Positions 25,223-34,957 of a stretch of 64,000 nucleotides of DNA are shown here, in pieces. Each line of letters opens with the position of its first letter. Position 1 is the first letter of the stretch. The position numbers and the translations under genes were made by a program. Source of the DNA: Candidatus Aminicenantes bacterium (GTDB taxonomy: Bacteria > Acidobacteriota > Aminicenantia > UBA2199); NCBI GenBank assembly GCA_963827565.1, contig CAWHBG010000001.1, positions 448,682 to 512,681 on the forward strand, read 5' to 3'. The notes beneath the pieces are model-generated. The model saw only the letters and a program-made list of their open reading frames with translations. It had not been told where the DNA came from and searched no databases.

Positions 25223-28105
25223 ATGACAAAGTTGGATCATGATATCGGGAAAGGGCTTGAAGTTGATTATGAACCGCAATTTGGTATTTTCCATGACCTT
25301 ATAAAATTCAGAGTTAGGGAAATACTTCTCGTATCCAGTTTTTATGATGCGTTTGTACTGGAAGAGGATGGGAGGTTGTCTGAGAGGATATTCAGTGAAT
25401 ATATTGATCTGAACCTGAGATTTATTCCCCGTATCATACGTGTTTCAAGTGGCGAAGAAGCAATAGCAGCTCTTGAAAAAAGCTCTTTTGATCTTGTGAT
25501 CACCATGACAAGACTTACCGGGATGGATTCGCTTGAGTTTGGCCAGAAAGTGAAATCCATGTATCCCGATATGCCCGTTGTGCTTCTTACCTATGACTGG
25601 ATACCGCCTGACAGGCTTATTAAATTCAGAGAGACCGGTTTTATCGATAAGGTATTCTATTGGGGAGGGGATACGAAGATCCTGCTTGCGATCATTAAGT
25701 ATGTCGAAGATAAAAAGAATATTGATAATGATATAAAACTGGGAGTTCGAGTGATTGTAGTAATCGAAGACTCTCCAAGGTATTATTCTCTTTTTCTCCC
25801 CATCATTTATACGGAAATAATGACCCAGACACGGTTGCTGATATCGGAAGGGGTGAACGATCTTCACAGGCTTCTGAGAATGAGGGCCCGTCCGAAGATC
25901 ATCATGGCCGAAACCTATGAGCAGGGGATAAAATTATACAATAAATATAAAAAAAACCTGCTGGGGATCATTTCAGACATCAGGTTCCCGAGGAAAGGAA
26001 AGATCGATCCTGAATCCGGTTTTAGATTTGCCGGGAAGGTCAAAGATGAGATACCTGACCTGCCGATACTTCTCCAGTCATCCAATTCAGGGAACAGAGA
26101 AAAGGCATATTCCATGGGGCTGGATTTCCTTAATAAATATTCGAATAATATGCTTCAGGAACTGCAGAACTTCATACTTAATAATTTTGGATTTGGCGAC
26201 TTCATTTTCAGAAATAAATCAGGTTCTGGAAATAGGCCGTGCCAGGAATATTCATGAGTTCCGGAAAATGATAGATATCATTCCCGATGAGAGTTTGCAG
26301 TATCATGCCGGAAAGAACCATATCTCGATATGGTTGAGGGCCAGAACTGAATTTGACACAGCTGAGAAGCTGAGGCCGAAAAAGATCAGTGATTTCAACG
26401 ATATTGACGGGCTGAGGAATTTTATCCGGAAAGAGATTCATAATTTACTGACAAAAAACCAATATGGGGTTATCACTGATTTCGGTCAGGTAACGTTTGA
26501 CTCGGAAAACTCTTTTGTAAGGCTGGGTAGCGGATCACTTGGAGGTAAGGCAAGAGGGCTTGCATTTCTTAACGCCTGATGGCAAAAACCGAGCTGAATG
26601 AACAGTTTGCGAAGGTGGAGATCAAAACTCCTCATACATTTGTGATCTGCAGTGAAGTTTATGAAGAGTTCATGAAAACCAATGATCTGTTGAAGTTTGC
26701 AATTTCCGAACAGGATAATACAAAAATTGCCAGGCGTTTTGTGAAAGGGAAACTACCGAAAAAAATAATGAATGACCTGAAAATATTGTTGAAAAATGTT
26801 AATTACCCGATCGCGGTCAGATCCTCAAGTCTTCTTGAAGATTCACAATTACTCCCTTTTGCCGGATTGTACTCAACCTATATGCTGCCCAACAACAAGG
26901 CTGAAAGTTCAAAAAATTACAGACAGCTTGAGAATGCCGTAAAACTGGTATATGCATCGGTTTTTTACAAATCACCTAAAGAGTATGTAAAGAATACGAA
27001 CTTCAGGATAGAAGAAGAGAAGATGGCAGTGATCATTCAGCAGATCGTCGGTAGTGAATACAATGATAAATTTTATCCTGTGATATCCGGCGTTGCTCAA
27101 TCATACAATTATTATCCCATTTCTCATATGGAACCGGAGGACGGTATTGTCCAGCTTGCACTGGGATTGGGTCCGATCATTGTCGAAGGGGGCCAGGTTT
27201 ACAGGTTTTCATCAAAATATCCGGAAATGAATCCCCCGTATTCGGATGCGGCCGAGTTCCTGAAAAAATCTCAGAACACATTTTATGCACTTGATATCAG
27301 AAATTCACCGCAGAGTATAGGCACGGATGAAAAATTCAGTTTGAAGAGTTATGGTCTGAAGGATGCTGAAAATGACGGGACACTATTTTATGTGGCCAGC
27401 ACCTTTTCCAGCCAGGATAATGCAGTGAAGGATACGATATCTATCGACGGCCCCAGAATTATAACCTTTGCAAATATTCTGAAACATAATCTTTTTCCAC
27501 TCGCTGATATTCTGAATGAGATCCTCGAGATCGGGAGTAAATCGTTCGGTTCGCACATAGAGATCGAATTTGCAGTCGATCTTTCAAAAAACAGGAATAA
27601 AGTTCCGGAATTTTATATGCTTCAAATAAGGCCGATGGTTGCAGGTGGAGAGTCTGCAGATATCCAGTTTGATAAAAAAAACACTCATCATATGATCTGT
27701 TCGACACGTCATCCGATGGGAAATGGAAAGATAAGTAATATCAGAGATATTGTATATATAAATCCTGACAAATTTGACATCTCGAAAAGCAGGATCATTG
27801 CTCAGGAGATCGGCTCAATTAATAAAAACCTGGTCGAGGAAAAGAGAAAATATCTGCTGATTGGTTTCGGAAGATGGGGAACTTCAGATCCATGGCTCGG
27901 GATACCGGTGGAGTGGCATCAGATCAGCGGGGCTCAGGTTGTTGTGGAGTCTTTTATAAATGATTTCAGAATAGAGCCGTCATTAGGGAGCCATTTTTTC
28001 CATAATATGATCTCGTTACATATGGGTTATTTTCATATCAGCGACAGGGTTGAGGACGAGTATATCAACTGGGACTGGCTTAAAAAGCAGAAAATTTGTT
28101 TCTGA
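25223..28105 (+). pseudogene. receiver-like domains fused to a PEP/pyruvate-binding (PPDK_N, ATP-grasp) domain; one gene split into three ORFs
   Basis: Track ORFs 25223..26257, 26028..26579 and 26579..28105 read as one protein. The first join is ...GDFIFRN / NQVLEIGRARNIHEF (frame change near 26215). The second is ...GSGSLGGKARGLAFLNA / MAKTELNEQF...TPHTFVICSEVYEEF (frame change at 26577), which breaks inside the GGKA-containing PPDK_N domain. The N-terminus has two REC-like modules (DLVITMTRLTGMDSLEF; GIISDIRFPRKG). Confidence 0.65.
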
Positions 28106-28270
28106 AACCAAATATGTAAAACACATCAGACCTGATAAAGATTTTCAGTGATCATTGATGCAAAAAATTCGAGAGGAATTATTTACATTCCCTGATAATT
28201 AATACTAAATCGTTATTTTACTTTGCAGACCCAGTTGTGTTTGTTTTCAAGTTCGCCATACCGGATTTTG

Positions 28271-28516
28271 TTATTTTTTTGTAACCTGACGGTAAATGAA
28301 TAATACCAGGACCGCACCGAGAACAGCTCCGATAAACCCTGCCGGATGTCCCTCCCTGTACCACCCGAGATGCTGTCCGATGTAGGTTGCGACAATTGAT
28401 CCGACAATACCGAGAATTATTGTAACAATGAATCCCCCCGGATCTTTTCCCGGCATGAGCAATCTGGCAATGAACCCGATCACGAAACCAACCGCAATTA
28501 TCCATAAAATATTCAA
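28271..28516 (-). CDS. GlsB/YeaQ/YmgE-family (transglycosylase-associated) stress membrane protein
   Basis: 81 aa. The sequence MNILWIIAVGFVIGFIARLLMPGKDPGGFIVTIILGIVGSIVATYIGQHLGWY... is the typical family pattern. Confidence 0.8.
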   Translation of the reverse strand: MNILWIIAVGFVIGFIARLLMPGKDPGGFIVTIILGIVGSIVATYIGQHLGWYREGHPAGFIGAVLGAVLVLFIYRQVTKK

Positions 28517-28543
28517 ACTTCCACCTTTATTTGGTCACATGAC

Positions 28544-29212
28544 TCAATTTTCAACGTTTTTCTGTGCAGCCTTTTTTAATTTATCATTGGCCATAACCGC
28601 AATATCCACGCGACGGTTTCCCTGTCGGCCCTCTGGCGTATCGTTTGACATGATGGGCTGAACTTCACCATGGCCGGCGATGGTGAATCTCCCGGATTTC
28701 ACATTAAGTGACGCAAGGTATAAAGCAACAGATTGAGCACGGTCCCTGGAGAGGGCCATATTATGATCATCAGGTCCGGTGTTGTCAGTATGGCCTTCAA
28801 TAAGAATGTTGGTGTCGGAATATTTGCTCAGGATCTTGGCAAGCTCGGTAAGGCTTGTCTGGCTGACAGGGCGGAGGTTCGATTTGTCAATGTCAAAAAG
28901 GATCCCGCTGTCAAAGGTGATCTTAATGCCTTCACCAATACGTTCAATTTTTGCATTCTTGATATCCCGCTGCATTTCTGCTGCTTGTTTATCCATATAA
29001 CTTCCGATAAAGGCACCTGCCACTCCGCCGACTGCCCCGCCGATAATTGCGCCCAGCAGAGTCTTCCCGGCAGTACGGCCGATAATACCTCCAAGTATAG
29101 CGCCACCGGTTCCACCGATCACGGCACCCTTTGTTTTTTTATTCCATGATGAACAATTGACAATCGCCAGTATAAAAACCGTAAGTACAATTATTGTGAT
29201 AATTCTTTTCAT
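28544..29212 (-). CDS. OmpA-family lipoprotein with glycine-zipper region
   Basis: The start is chosen at MKRIITIIVLTVFILAIVNCSS (lipobox), behind an AAGGAGGAG RBS. It has a Gly-zipper (GAVIGGTGGAILGGIIG...GGAVGGVAGAFIG) and an OmpA C-terminal domain (IEGHTDNTGPDDHNMALSRDRAQSV). Confidence 0.85.
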   Translation of the reverse strand: MKRIITIIVLTVFILAIVNCSSWNKKTKGAVIGGTGGAILGGIIGRTAGKTLLGAIIGGAVGGVAGAFIGSYMDKQAAEMQRDIKNAKIERIGEGIKITFDSGILFDIDKSNLRPVSQTSLTELAKILSKYSDTNILIEGHTDNTGPDDHNMALSRDRAQSVALYLASLNVKSGRFTIAGHGEVQPIMSNDTPEGRQGNRRVDIAVMANDKLKKAAQKNVEN

Positions 29213-29326
29213 ATTCTCCTCCTTTATTTCTCCCTCTTCCCCTAATCCCGCAACAGCCATTAAGAAACTGTATGACAGGCGATTCAGGAACTATTATGCT
29301 ATTTCTTTCTCCGGTCTATCGGTTCT

Positions 29327-29374
29327 AAAAAATGTTTTAAGAAGAAGGCGTCCTCTCATAGAGGAGAGAACGCC
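29327..29374 (-). terminator. intrinsic terminator after the 81-aa gene
   Basis: The hairpin GGCGTCCTCTC-atagag-GAGAGAACGCC (29347-29374) has 10 bp with one mismatch. On the minus strand it is followed by TTCTTCTTAAAACATTTTTT. Confidence 0.5.
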
Positions 29375-29457
29375 TCTTCCGTTCGATCATAGTTTATGGT
29401 ATGATCTCTCCCACTTAAAATTCCTTCAGAAAATCAGGCGCCTGACTCATCATCAGG

Positions 29458-29703
29458 TTAGAGCGCAACCAGTACGAGTATTACAACTCCTATTGCGATG
29501 ATGAGCATCAGATCTCTTGAAGAGAGATAGCCCCCACCCGCATCGGAAGCTGTGATCACATCATCTGCACCGATTACGATCTGATCAGTCGTATCCACCT
29601 GCTGAACCTGGTTCCCTGCTGTTTGAACTGCTGTGCCATAGGAGGACAGAAGCACGATCATCAACAGAAAACTCCAGATCTTGACCTGGTTTTGTTTTCT
29701 CAT
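29458..29703 (-). CDS. small secreted protein with C-terminal hydrophobic anchor
   Basis: 81 aa with an N-terminal signal (IWSFLLMIVLLSSYGTAVQ) and a C-terminal TM segment (LMLIIAIGVVILVLVAL*) preceded by AGGG. Confidence 0.4.
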   Translation of the reverse strand: MRKQNQVKIWSFLLMIVLLSSYGTAVQTAGNQVQQVDTTDQIVIGADDVITASDAGGGYLSSRDLMLIIAIGVVILVLVAL

Positions 29704-29721
29704 TTTAATTCTCCTTTTTAT

Positions 29722-30740
29722 TTAATCTTTTATATTTTTCTTTTGGCTTCTTTCGATCTGGAGAGCCCTGACCTGAAGATAATGATTCCTGATAAACTTC
29801 TTATCCGGAGCGAGCCGGACCGCATTTTTAAGGGATTCAAGAGCCGGAACAATTTTATGCTGATTGATGTAAGCCAGACCCAGAACGTCGTAGGCATAAG
29901 CACAATTTGCGTCCAAACGGATGGCCTCAAGCGCATATGTTTCAGCCTCCCCGGGATTTCCTTCTCTGAGGCAGACCATTGCCAGGCTGTAAAGAGGATA
30001 AGGATCTTTTTTAAGAGATCCCCTTACCTTTTCCCATTGCTCTTTCGATCTTGTGAAATCAGTCCTACGGTAGTAGGCAGTGGCCAGATTGATGGAAGTG
30101 AGGGGGTCGTTTTTCAGGACGGGGAAAGGGAACGGCCTTTGAGCAGGAACAACTGCCATCATCCAGCGGGATCGATTCCGGCCCTTTCCCAGCTCCCAGA
30201 CCTTCATGAAATTTTTATATTTCATGGCACGACGACCACCAAAATACGGGTCGTGGAAAATGATCTGCTTTTTGTCATCATCAAACCCTATAACTACCCG
30301 GTAGTGGCCTTTTGCGATCTGTTTTATTGGTTTCGTAAGGACGATCACCGGGATGTCTTTCACCGATGACATCCTTTAATATCTGCATATTTCCCTGGAA
30401 AGAGTAGCTTTCGAAGCCATTTGGTCCGCGGATATAAAACCAGTTCGGAGTTATATGTTACCTGATTTCCGGAATCATAGATTTCATCTGTGATTTTCTG
30501 TTGGCTGAAGGATTGTGTTTTATCCCAGTAATTGAGGACCATTGCCAGACAGGCCGGGCCGCAATAATTTCTTTTCAGCCATTTTTCGGAGGGAACTGAA
30601 GGGATCAAATGTCCGGTTTCAGGGCTGACTTTTTTATATTTGAAAACCTGTGCGGAAAAAAGACACGATACCATCAGTGACAGGCCAGCGAGGAACACCC
30701 ATGCCTGTCTTATGTTTATAACATTACTCCGATCAAGCAA
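29722..30740 (-). pseudogene. C39-like (papain-fold) cysteine peptidase fused to TPR repeats, frameshifted
   Basis: ORF 30360..30740 carries a signal/TM segment and NYCGPACLAMVLNYWDK (Cys site). ORF 29722..30372 carries KGHYRVVIGFDDDKKQIIFHDPYFG (His site) followed by TPR repeats. Between them a third frame reads NGFESYSFQGNMQILKDVI, implying two frame changes within ~100 nt (30360-30450). Confidence 0.6.
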
Positions 30741-31089
30741 GATGACCTCCCATCGTTATCATACTTTGGTTATTTCACGGTTATCAAAAAATATAACATA
30801 CCGGGAAAGAGCCAATAAATTAAAGCATTTTTACTGCCACGATTATTTTAAGTTCCCTGAACTTGGGCAATCTGATCTATTTTGTTAAAAAAGAAGAAAA
30901 TTGTGCTTCCGGGGAGAATAAATCCTTAAATCAGACGAATTAATCCGGTCTCCCCAATAAGAAATTGGTTCATAATACAGGACTATTCCTGTTTTTCAGG
31001 ACAGTGTTTACAAAAATATCCGGATAGAATATCAGGAATTTCTTTCTGTAAAATAGAAATAAGTGGGTAGTTTACCTGCCGGGAACAGA

Positions 31090-31398
31090 TTATCCGATCT
31101 TAAAAACTATCATGAGAATTCTTATTAATAACAGGATCCAGGCTATAGATAATATGACCCAGGCAGTTCTTCTGGAGACGGTGACAATGAAAACAAATAT
31201 AGTTAATATGATCAAATATCCCAGGGCATTAATTATACTGACCGGAAAATCCCTCTGTGGAAATATCACCTGAAAGACTTTAATGATCCCTGCACCGATC
31301 TGATGGGCAATAAAATAAATAAATGTTAGTATATTGTGAAGGATCTCATTCAGCGGCTTCAAATTTGCAGTGTCTTGAGCAAAAAATAAAATATTCAT
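31090..31398 (-). CDS. hypothetical membrane protein
   Basis: 102 aa with three hydrophobic helices. I recognise no family. Confidence 0.35.
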   Translation of the reverse strand: MNILFFAQDTANLKPLNEILHNILTFIYFIAHQIGAGIIKVFQVIFPQRDFPVSIINALGYLIILTIFVFIVTVSRRTAWVILSIAWILLLIRILMIVFKIG

Positions 31399-31488
31399 TT
31401 TGTTTTGGCCTCCCTTGCCAATAGTATTTCCTGATTTTAATTAATGTTCAGAAATTCGATAAATTGCTTTTTCGATACATACCATACT

Positions 31489-31695
31489 TCAGTTTTGCTG
31501 AGAGCAGGATTCGCTTACAATTCCATCCTTCTTTTTTTTCAGTCCAACCAATCCGATGGTACCGACAATAATAGACATAATTCCGATCACAAAAGCTGTG
31601 CTTTTTCCGGTGAAACCGGAAGCATCAATAGGGGTGCCGCATAAAATGTAGAATATTGCAACAGGAGTAATCAGAAGACTTCCGACTATGATCAT
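31489..31695 (-). CDS. hypothetical small membrane protein
   Basis: 68 aa with two hydrophobic helices. The coding call is weak. Confidence 0.3.
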   Translation of the reverse strand: MIIVGSLLITPVAIFYILCGTPIDASGFTGKSTAFVIGIMSIIVGTIGLVGLKKKKDGIVSESCSQQN

Positions 31696-31847
31696 CCATA
31701 CCCAGGCTAAAAAATAGAAAAAACGATCCCCACATGAAGTCCTCCGGATTAATTTATAGCAATCTTTGTGCCAAAATAATTGTATTTAACCGCAGGTAAA
31801 ATAGTGTTCAGCAGACACAGATGGCCGGACAAAGCGCTTTACCCGGC

Positions 31848-32219
31848 TTAATGATTAGATGAAACCATCTTTTTAAGGACATTTGTCAGATATTTGAAAT
31901 CATCTGTTTTCCGGCTTAAGAACCGCGGCAATAAAAGACGGGCGAGTTTGACAGTACTTTCCCTCCAATTCGGGATCACAAGAATGATATATATCTCCGG
32001 GAGCAGTTCACGGAACAGCTGCATTTCCAGGAGTTCTTCACGGTTAGCGGCTAACAGGACAGCTATGGAATTGGGTTTGATAATGGAACGGAACCTTTCC
32101 CGCAATGCATCCAGTGTTGAGAAGAATTCTATTATTCGTTCCGGGACCGCGGCATGTATAGCGGCCTCCAGTCTTTTTTTATTCTCATCATTATTACTGG
32201 CAAAAAATAAAAGTTGCAT
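31848..32219 (-). CDS. hypothetical protein (possibly a degenerate receiver-like fold)
   Basis: 123 aa with an alternating beta/alpha-like pattern (MQLLFFAS..., IAVLLAANREE..., IYIILVIPN...) but no phospho-acceptor signature. It lies downstream of the NtrC-type gene. Confidence 0.3.
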   Translation of the reverse strand: MQLLFFASNNDENKKRLEAAIHAAVPERIIEFFSTLDALRERFRSIIKPNSIAVLLAANREELLEMQLFRELLPEIYIILVIPNWRESTVKLARLLLPRFLSRKTDDFKYLTNVLKKMVSSNH

Positions 32220-32364
32220 TGCTTTTAACCCCCCTTCATAACAGGTATGGGACTAATGTTTTTTCAAACCCAAAAATCTAAAGCAAGAATTATGCCAGAT
32301 AGAAATGTTCAATATTAAGAATTTATTCGCTGTTTTCCAAAACAGGGTGTGGAAATTATCAGGA

Positions 32365-33830
32365 TTAAAGGGAAGATTTAATGTTGTATTTTTTAAGAAG
32401 CGTGTATAATCTTGATCGGGAAAGGCCGGAAACCCGGCAGGCCTCATTGATGTTTCCACGCACGGATGAGATCAGTACCTTAAAATATTGCTCCTCCGAT
32501 TCGGATATTACAGATCGGTGAAGTTCTTTTAATTTTGGAAGGGGGACATTTTGAATGGTGGTGGATAACCCGTTTTTATTCCCGTTCAATAACTTCTTGT
32601 GAACCCCGTTTCGTGCCACTTGTATACGAATATGCGTTGGAAGGTGTTTCGGGTAGAGTATCGGCTCTTCTTTTGCGGCAATCAGGCATTTTTCAATCGC
32701 CTGGATCAGTTCACGGACATTCCCCGGCCATTTATAATTCTTCATTACCTCCCAGAATTCAGGAGAAAAACCTTTCTGCGACTATTCCGAATCGGTCACA
32801 CAGTGTCTTCATATAGTGAACTGTTAAGTTCTTTAATATCGTCACGGCATTCCCTTAATGGAGGCAATTCGATAACCAGCGACCGGAGCCGGAAAAACAG
32901 ATCTTCGCGAAATAGTCCCTGCTGGACCATGTCCTCCAGATTCCGGTTGGTAGCCACCACCAATCTGAAATCACTGGTGACTTCTTTTTTTCCGCCCACG
33001 GGGCGGAAGCGGTGTTCCTGGATAACCCGGAGAAAGTTTTTTTGCAATGCCAACGGCAGTTCGCCGATTTCATCAAGAAAAAGAGTCCCTCCATCTGCCT
33101 GTTTTATCAACCCGTCCTGGCTGATGTAGGCATTGGTGAAAGCGCCCTTCACATGTCCGAAAAGGATGTTTTCAATCAGTGTTTCTGGTAGTGCAGTACA
33201 ATCTACAATAACAAAATTCCCGGAGCCCCTTGAGCTGTTAAGATGAATTGCTCTGGCAAACAGTTCTTTTCCTGTACCGGTTTCACCGGTAATAATAACA
33301 TTGAATGTGCTCTGTGCTGCCTGGCTGAGCATCTCAAAACTTAGAGTTGAGACGGTCCGAACTACCGATAATATCCTTTCTCTGCAAAGTCGTGTCCAGG
33401 GTTACCTGAGGCCTTTTCGGTCCTGATATTCAAGAACACGGGTCAGGTGAAGCTTTATACTTTCAAGCGAGGCAGGCTTTTCGATGTAATCCCATGCGCC
33501 GTTTTGGATGGCGAGTTCAGCCTCATCAGGATCACCAAACCCTGTGAATATAATTATTTCAGGGGAATATCCGGTTGCTTTTATTTTCGGCATGATGTCC
33601 AACCCACTTCCATCGGGCATATTAGCATCAAGAAATATAACACTATATGATTCCGACCGGGCTTTACTCAGGCCATCTGCCAGTGTATGTGCGCAGGAAG
33701 ATTTTTGTCCCATTTTGGTAACGGCATTTGCGACCCAATCGCACATTGATTGATCATCATCAATAATCAGAACATTGATCATTACTAATTTTCCTGATTT
33801 AATTTTATCAAATTTAATTTTATTGCTCAA
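32365..33830 (-). pseudogene. sigma-54-dependent response regulator (NtrC family), split into three ORFs
   Basis: REC domain in 33402..33830 (VLIIDDD..., FLDANMPDGSG, IEKP). AAA+ sigma-54 interaction domain in 32796..33332 (GETGTGKELFARAIH, GGTLFLDEIGELP, FREDLFFRL). C-terminal part in 32365..32745 (WPGNVRELIQAIE, and the HTH ACRVSGLSRSRLYTLLKKYNI). The frame breaks lie near 33335-33400 and 32745-32830. Confidence 0.8.
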
Positions 33831-33971
33831 ACCAGGACTGAGCAGCAGGAAATTTACACTTTCGCAGGAAAATGTACTGTTTTTCAGGAAATTTTATGAT
33901 GAAAAATGAATAATGCTCAAAAATAAGTCTGTTCCGGCAGGTTTTTCAGGTGTTCCGGATAATATGATACT

Positions 33972-33987
33972 TGGCATAAATAATGCA
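33972..33987 (+). promoter_or_regulatory. sigma-54 (-24/-12) promoter
   Basis: TGGCATAAATAATGCA has GG and GC separated exactly as in the TGGCAC-N5-TTGCA consensus. It lies 53 nt upstream of ATG 34040 and is divergent from the NtrC-type gene. Confidence 0.6.
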
Positions 33988-34039
33988 ATAGAGTTTAGAT
34001 ACCCACGGTATCTTTGAAGAATTTAATAGGAGGTATTAA

Positions 34040-34648
34040 ATGTTCAAAAAACTTATTTTCATTATAGTAGTGATTATGTTTATCTTTACTGCTACACAGG
34101 TTTCTGCCCAGGAAGTGATGATGAATTCGGCTGAAACCATTAAACCTGGAAATTTCAAACTGGGGATTTTCCCGACAGTCCTCTTTGGTAAAAACGGAGG
34201 AAAATCTGTATTTGGTGTGGCCGGGCGGTTCGGATTCGCGCTCACCCCCCGCGTCGACATCGAGGCGAAAGCAGCGATTTTCAAAAACCTTACTTATTTC
34301 GGAGCTGATATTGAGTATTGGCTTGTTAAAGGGCAGAATTTCAACACTTCAATAGCAGTGGGGGGGCATATGACGAAGCAGGATGGCGGTCCCGACAGTT
34401 CCGGAATTGATGCTGCATTAATGGTAAGTACTTCACCTTTGAACAATCTGGAGGTATACGGCGGCCTCAAGATCGCCTTCGATTCATTTAAAAACTCCGA
34501 TCAGAACTTTACTCTGGCATATTTTGTCCCGGGGATCGAGTACCGGATCAGTGATGACATTGATTTTCTGGCAGAGGTGGGTATTGCTCTCAAAGATAAC
34601 TCCCGAAGCTATGCCAGTGTGGGATTTGCGTACTATTTTCAGCTCTGA
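34040..34648 (+). CDS. small outer-membrane beta-barrel protein
   Basis: 202 aa with a TAGGAGGT RBS and a signal peptide ending ...ATQVSAQE. It has alternating beta-strand patterns and the C-terminus ...ASVGFAYYFQL. Confidence 0.6.
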   Translation: MFKKLIFIIVVIMFIFTATQVSAQEVMMNSAETIKPGNFKLGIFPTVLFGKNGGKSVFGVAGRFGFALTPRVDIEAKAAIFKNLTYFGADIEYWLVKGQNFNTSIAVGGHMTKQDGGPDSSGIDAALMVSTSPLNNLEVYGGLKIAFDSFKNSDQNFTLAYFVPGIEYRISDDIDFLAEVGIALKDNSRSYASVGFAYYFQL

Positions 34649-34694
34649 AGCTTCACATAGTGTAGTTTAATAATAAAAATAAGGAGAAAATAAA

Positions 34695-34859
34695 ATGAGT
34701 AGATACAAAATGACAAACAATATGGGGTTGATGCTGCTGGGTATCTGGCTGATTATGACCGGGCTGATCCCTTTACTCCATTTGAGCTTTGAGGGTCTGC
34801 CTTTAATTATGGCGATCCTGGCCATTGTCTCCGGTATCTTAGTCCTGTTCGGCAGGTAG
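34695..34859 (+). CDS. hypothetical 54-aa two-helix membrane protein (not in ORF track)
   Basis: My own translation gives MSRYKMTNNMGLMLLGIWLIMTGLIPLLHLSFEGLPLIMAILAIVSGILVLFGR*. An AAGGAG RBS sits 8 nt upstream. It is co-oriented with the barrel gene. Confidence 0.4.
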   Translation: MSRYKMTNNMGLMLLGIWLIMTGLIPLLHLSFEGLPLIMAILAIVSGILVLFGR

Positions 34860-34907
34860 GTAAGATAGGGGGAAAATTAATCCAAAAGAATTTACAAGAT
34901 TCTTCAT

Positions 34908-34941
34908 CCCGGCCTGATCATCAGTCGATCATCAGGCCGGG
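34908..34941. terminator. strong GC hairpin between convergent genes (bidirectional terminator candidate)
   Basis: CCCGGCCTGAT-(12 nt)-ATCAGGCCGGG forms a perfect 11-bp stem. It lies between the small ORF (ends 34859) and ilvE (ends 34958). There is no clear U-tract on either side. Confidence 0.45.
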
Positions 34942-34957
34942 TATCCCAAAATGGTGG

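Noticed and set aside
29458-29703. 81-aa protein with ...AGGG...hydrophobic C-terminus considered as a GlyGly-CTERM / rhombosortase substrate, linked to the rhomboid gene at 54964
   Set aside because: The basic tail after the TM segment is absent. The rhomboid gene is 25 kb away and shows no rhombosortase-specific features that I can see.
29623-30369. 248-aa plus-strand ORF at 29623..30369 opposite the peptidase/TPR gene; likewise the 211-aa ORF 38788..39423 opposite the FeS protein gene
   Set aside because: The opposite strands carry genes with clear catalytic or cofactor motifs. These ORFs have no motifs and an odd composition.
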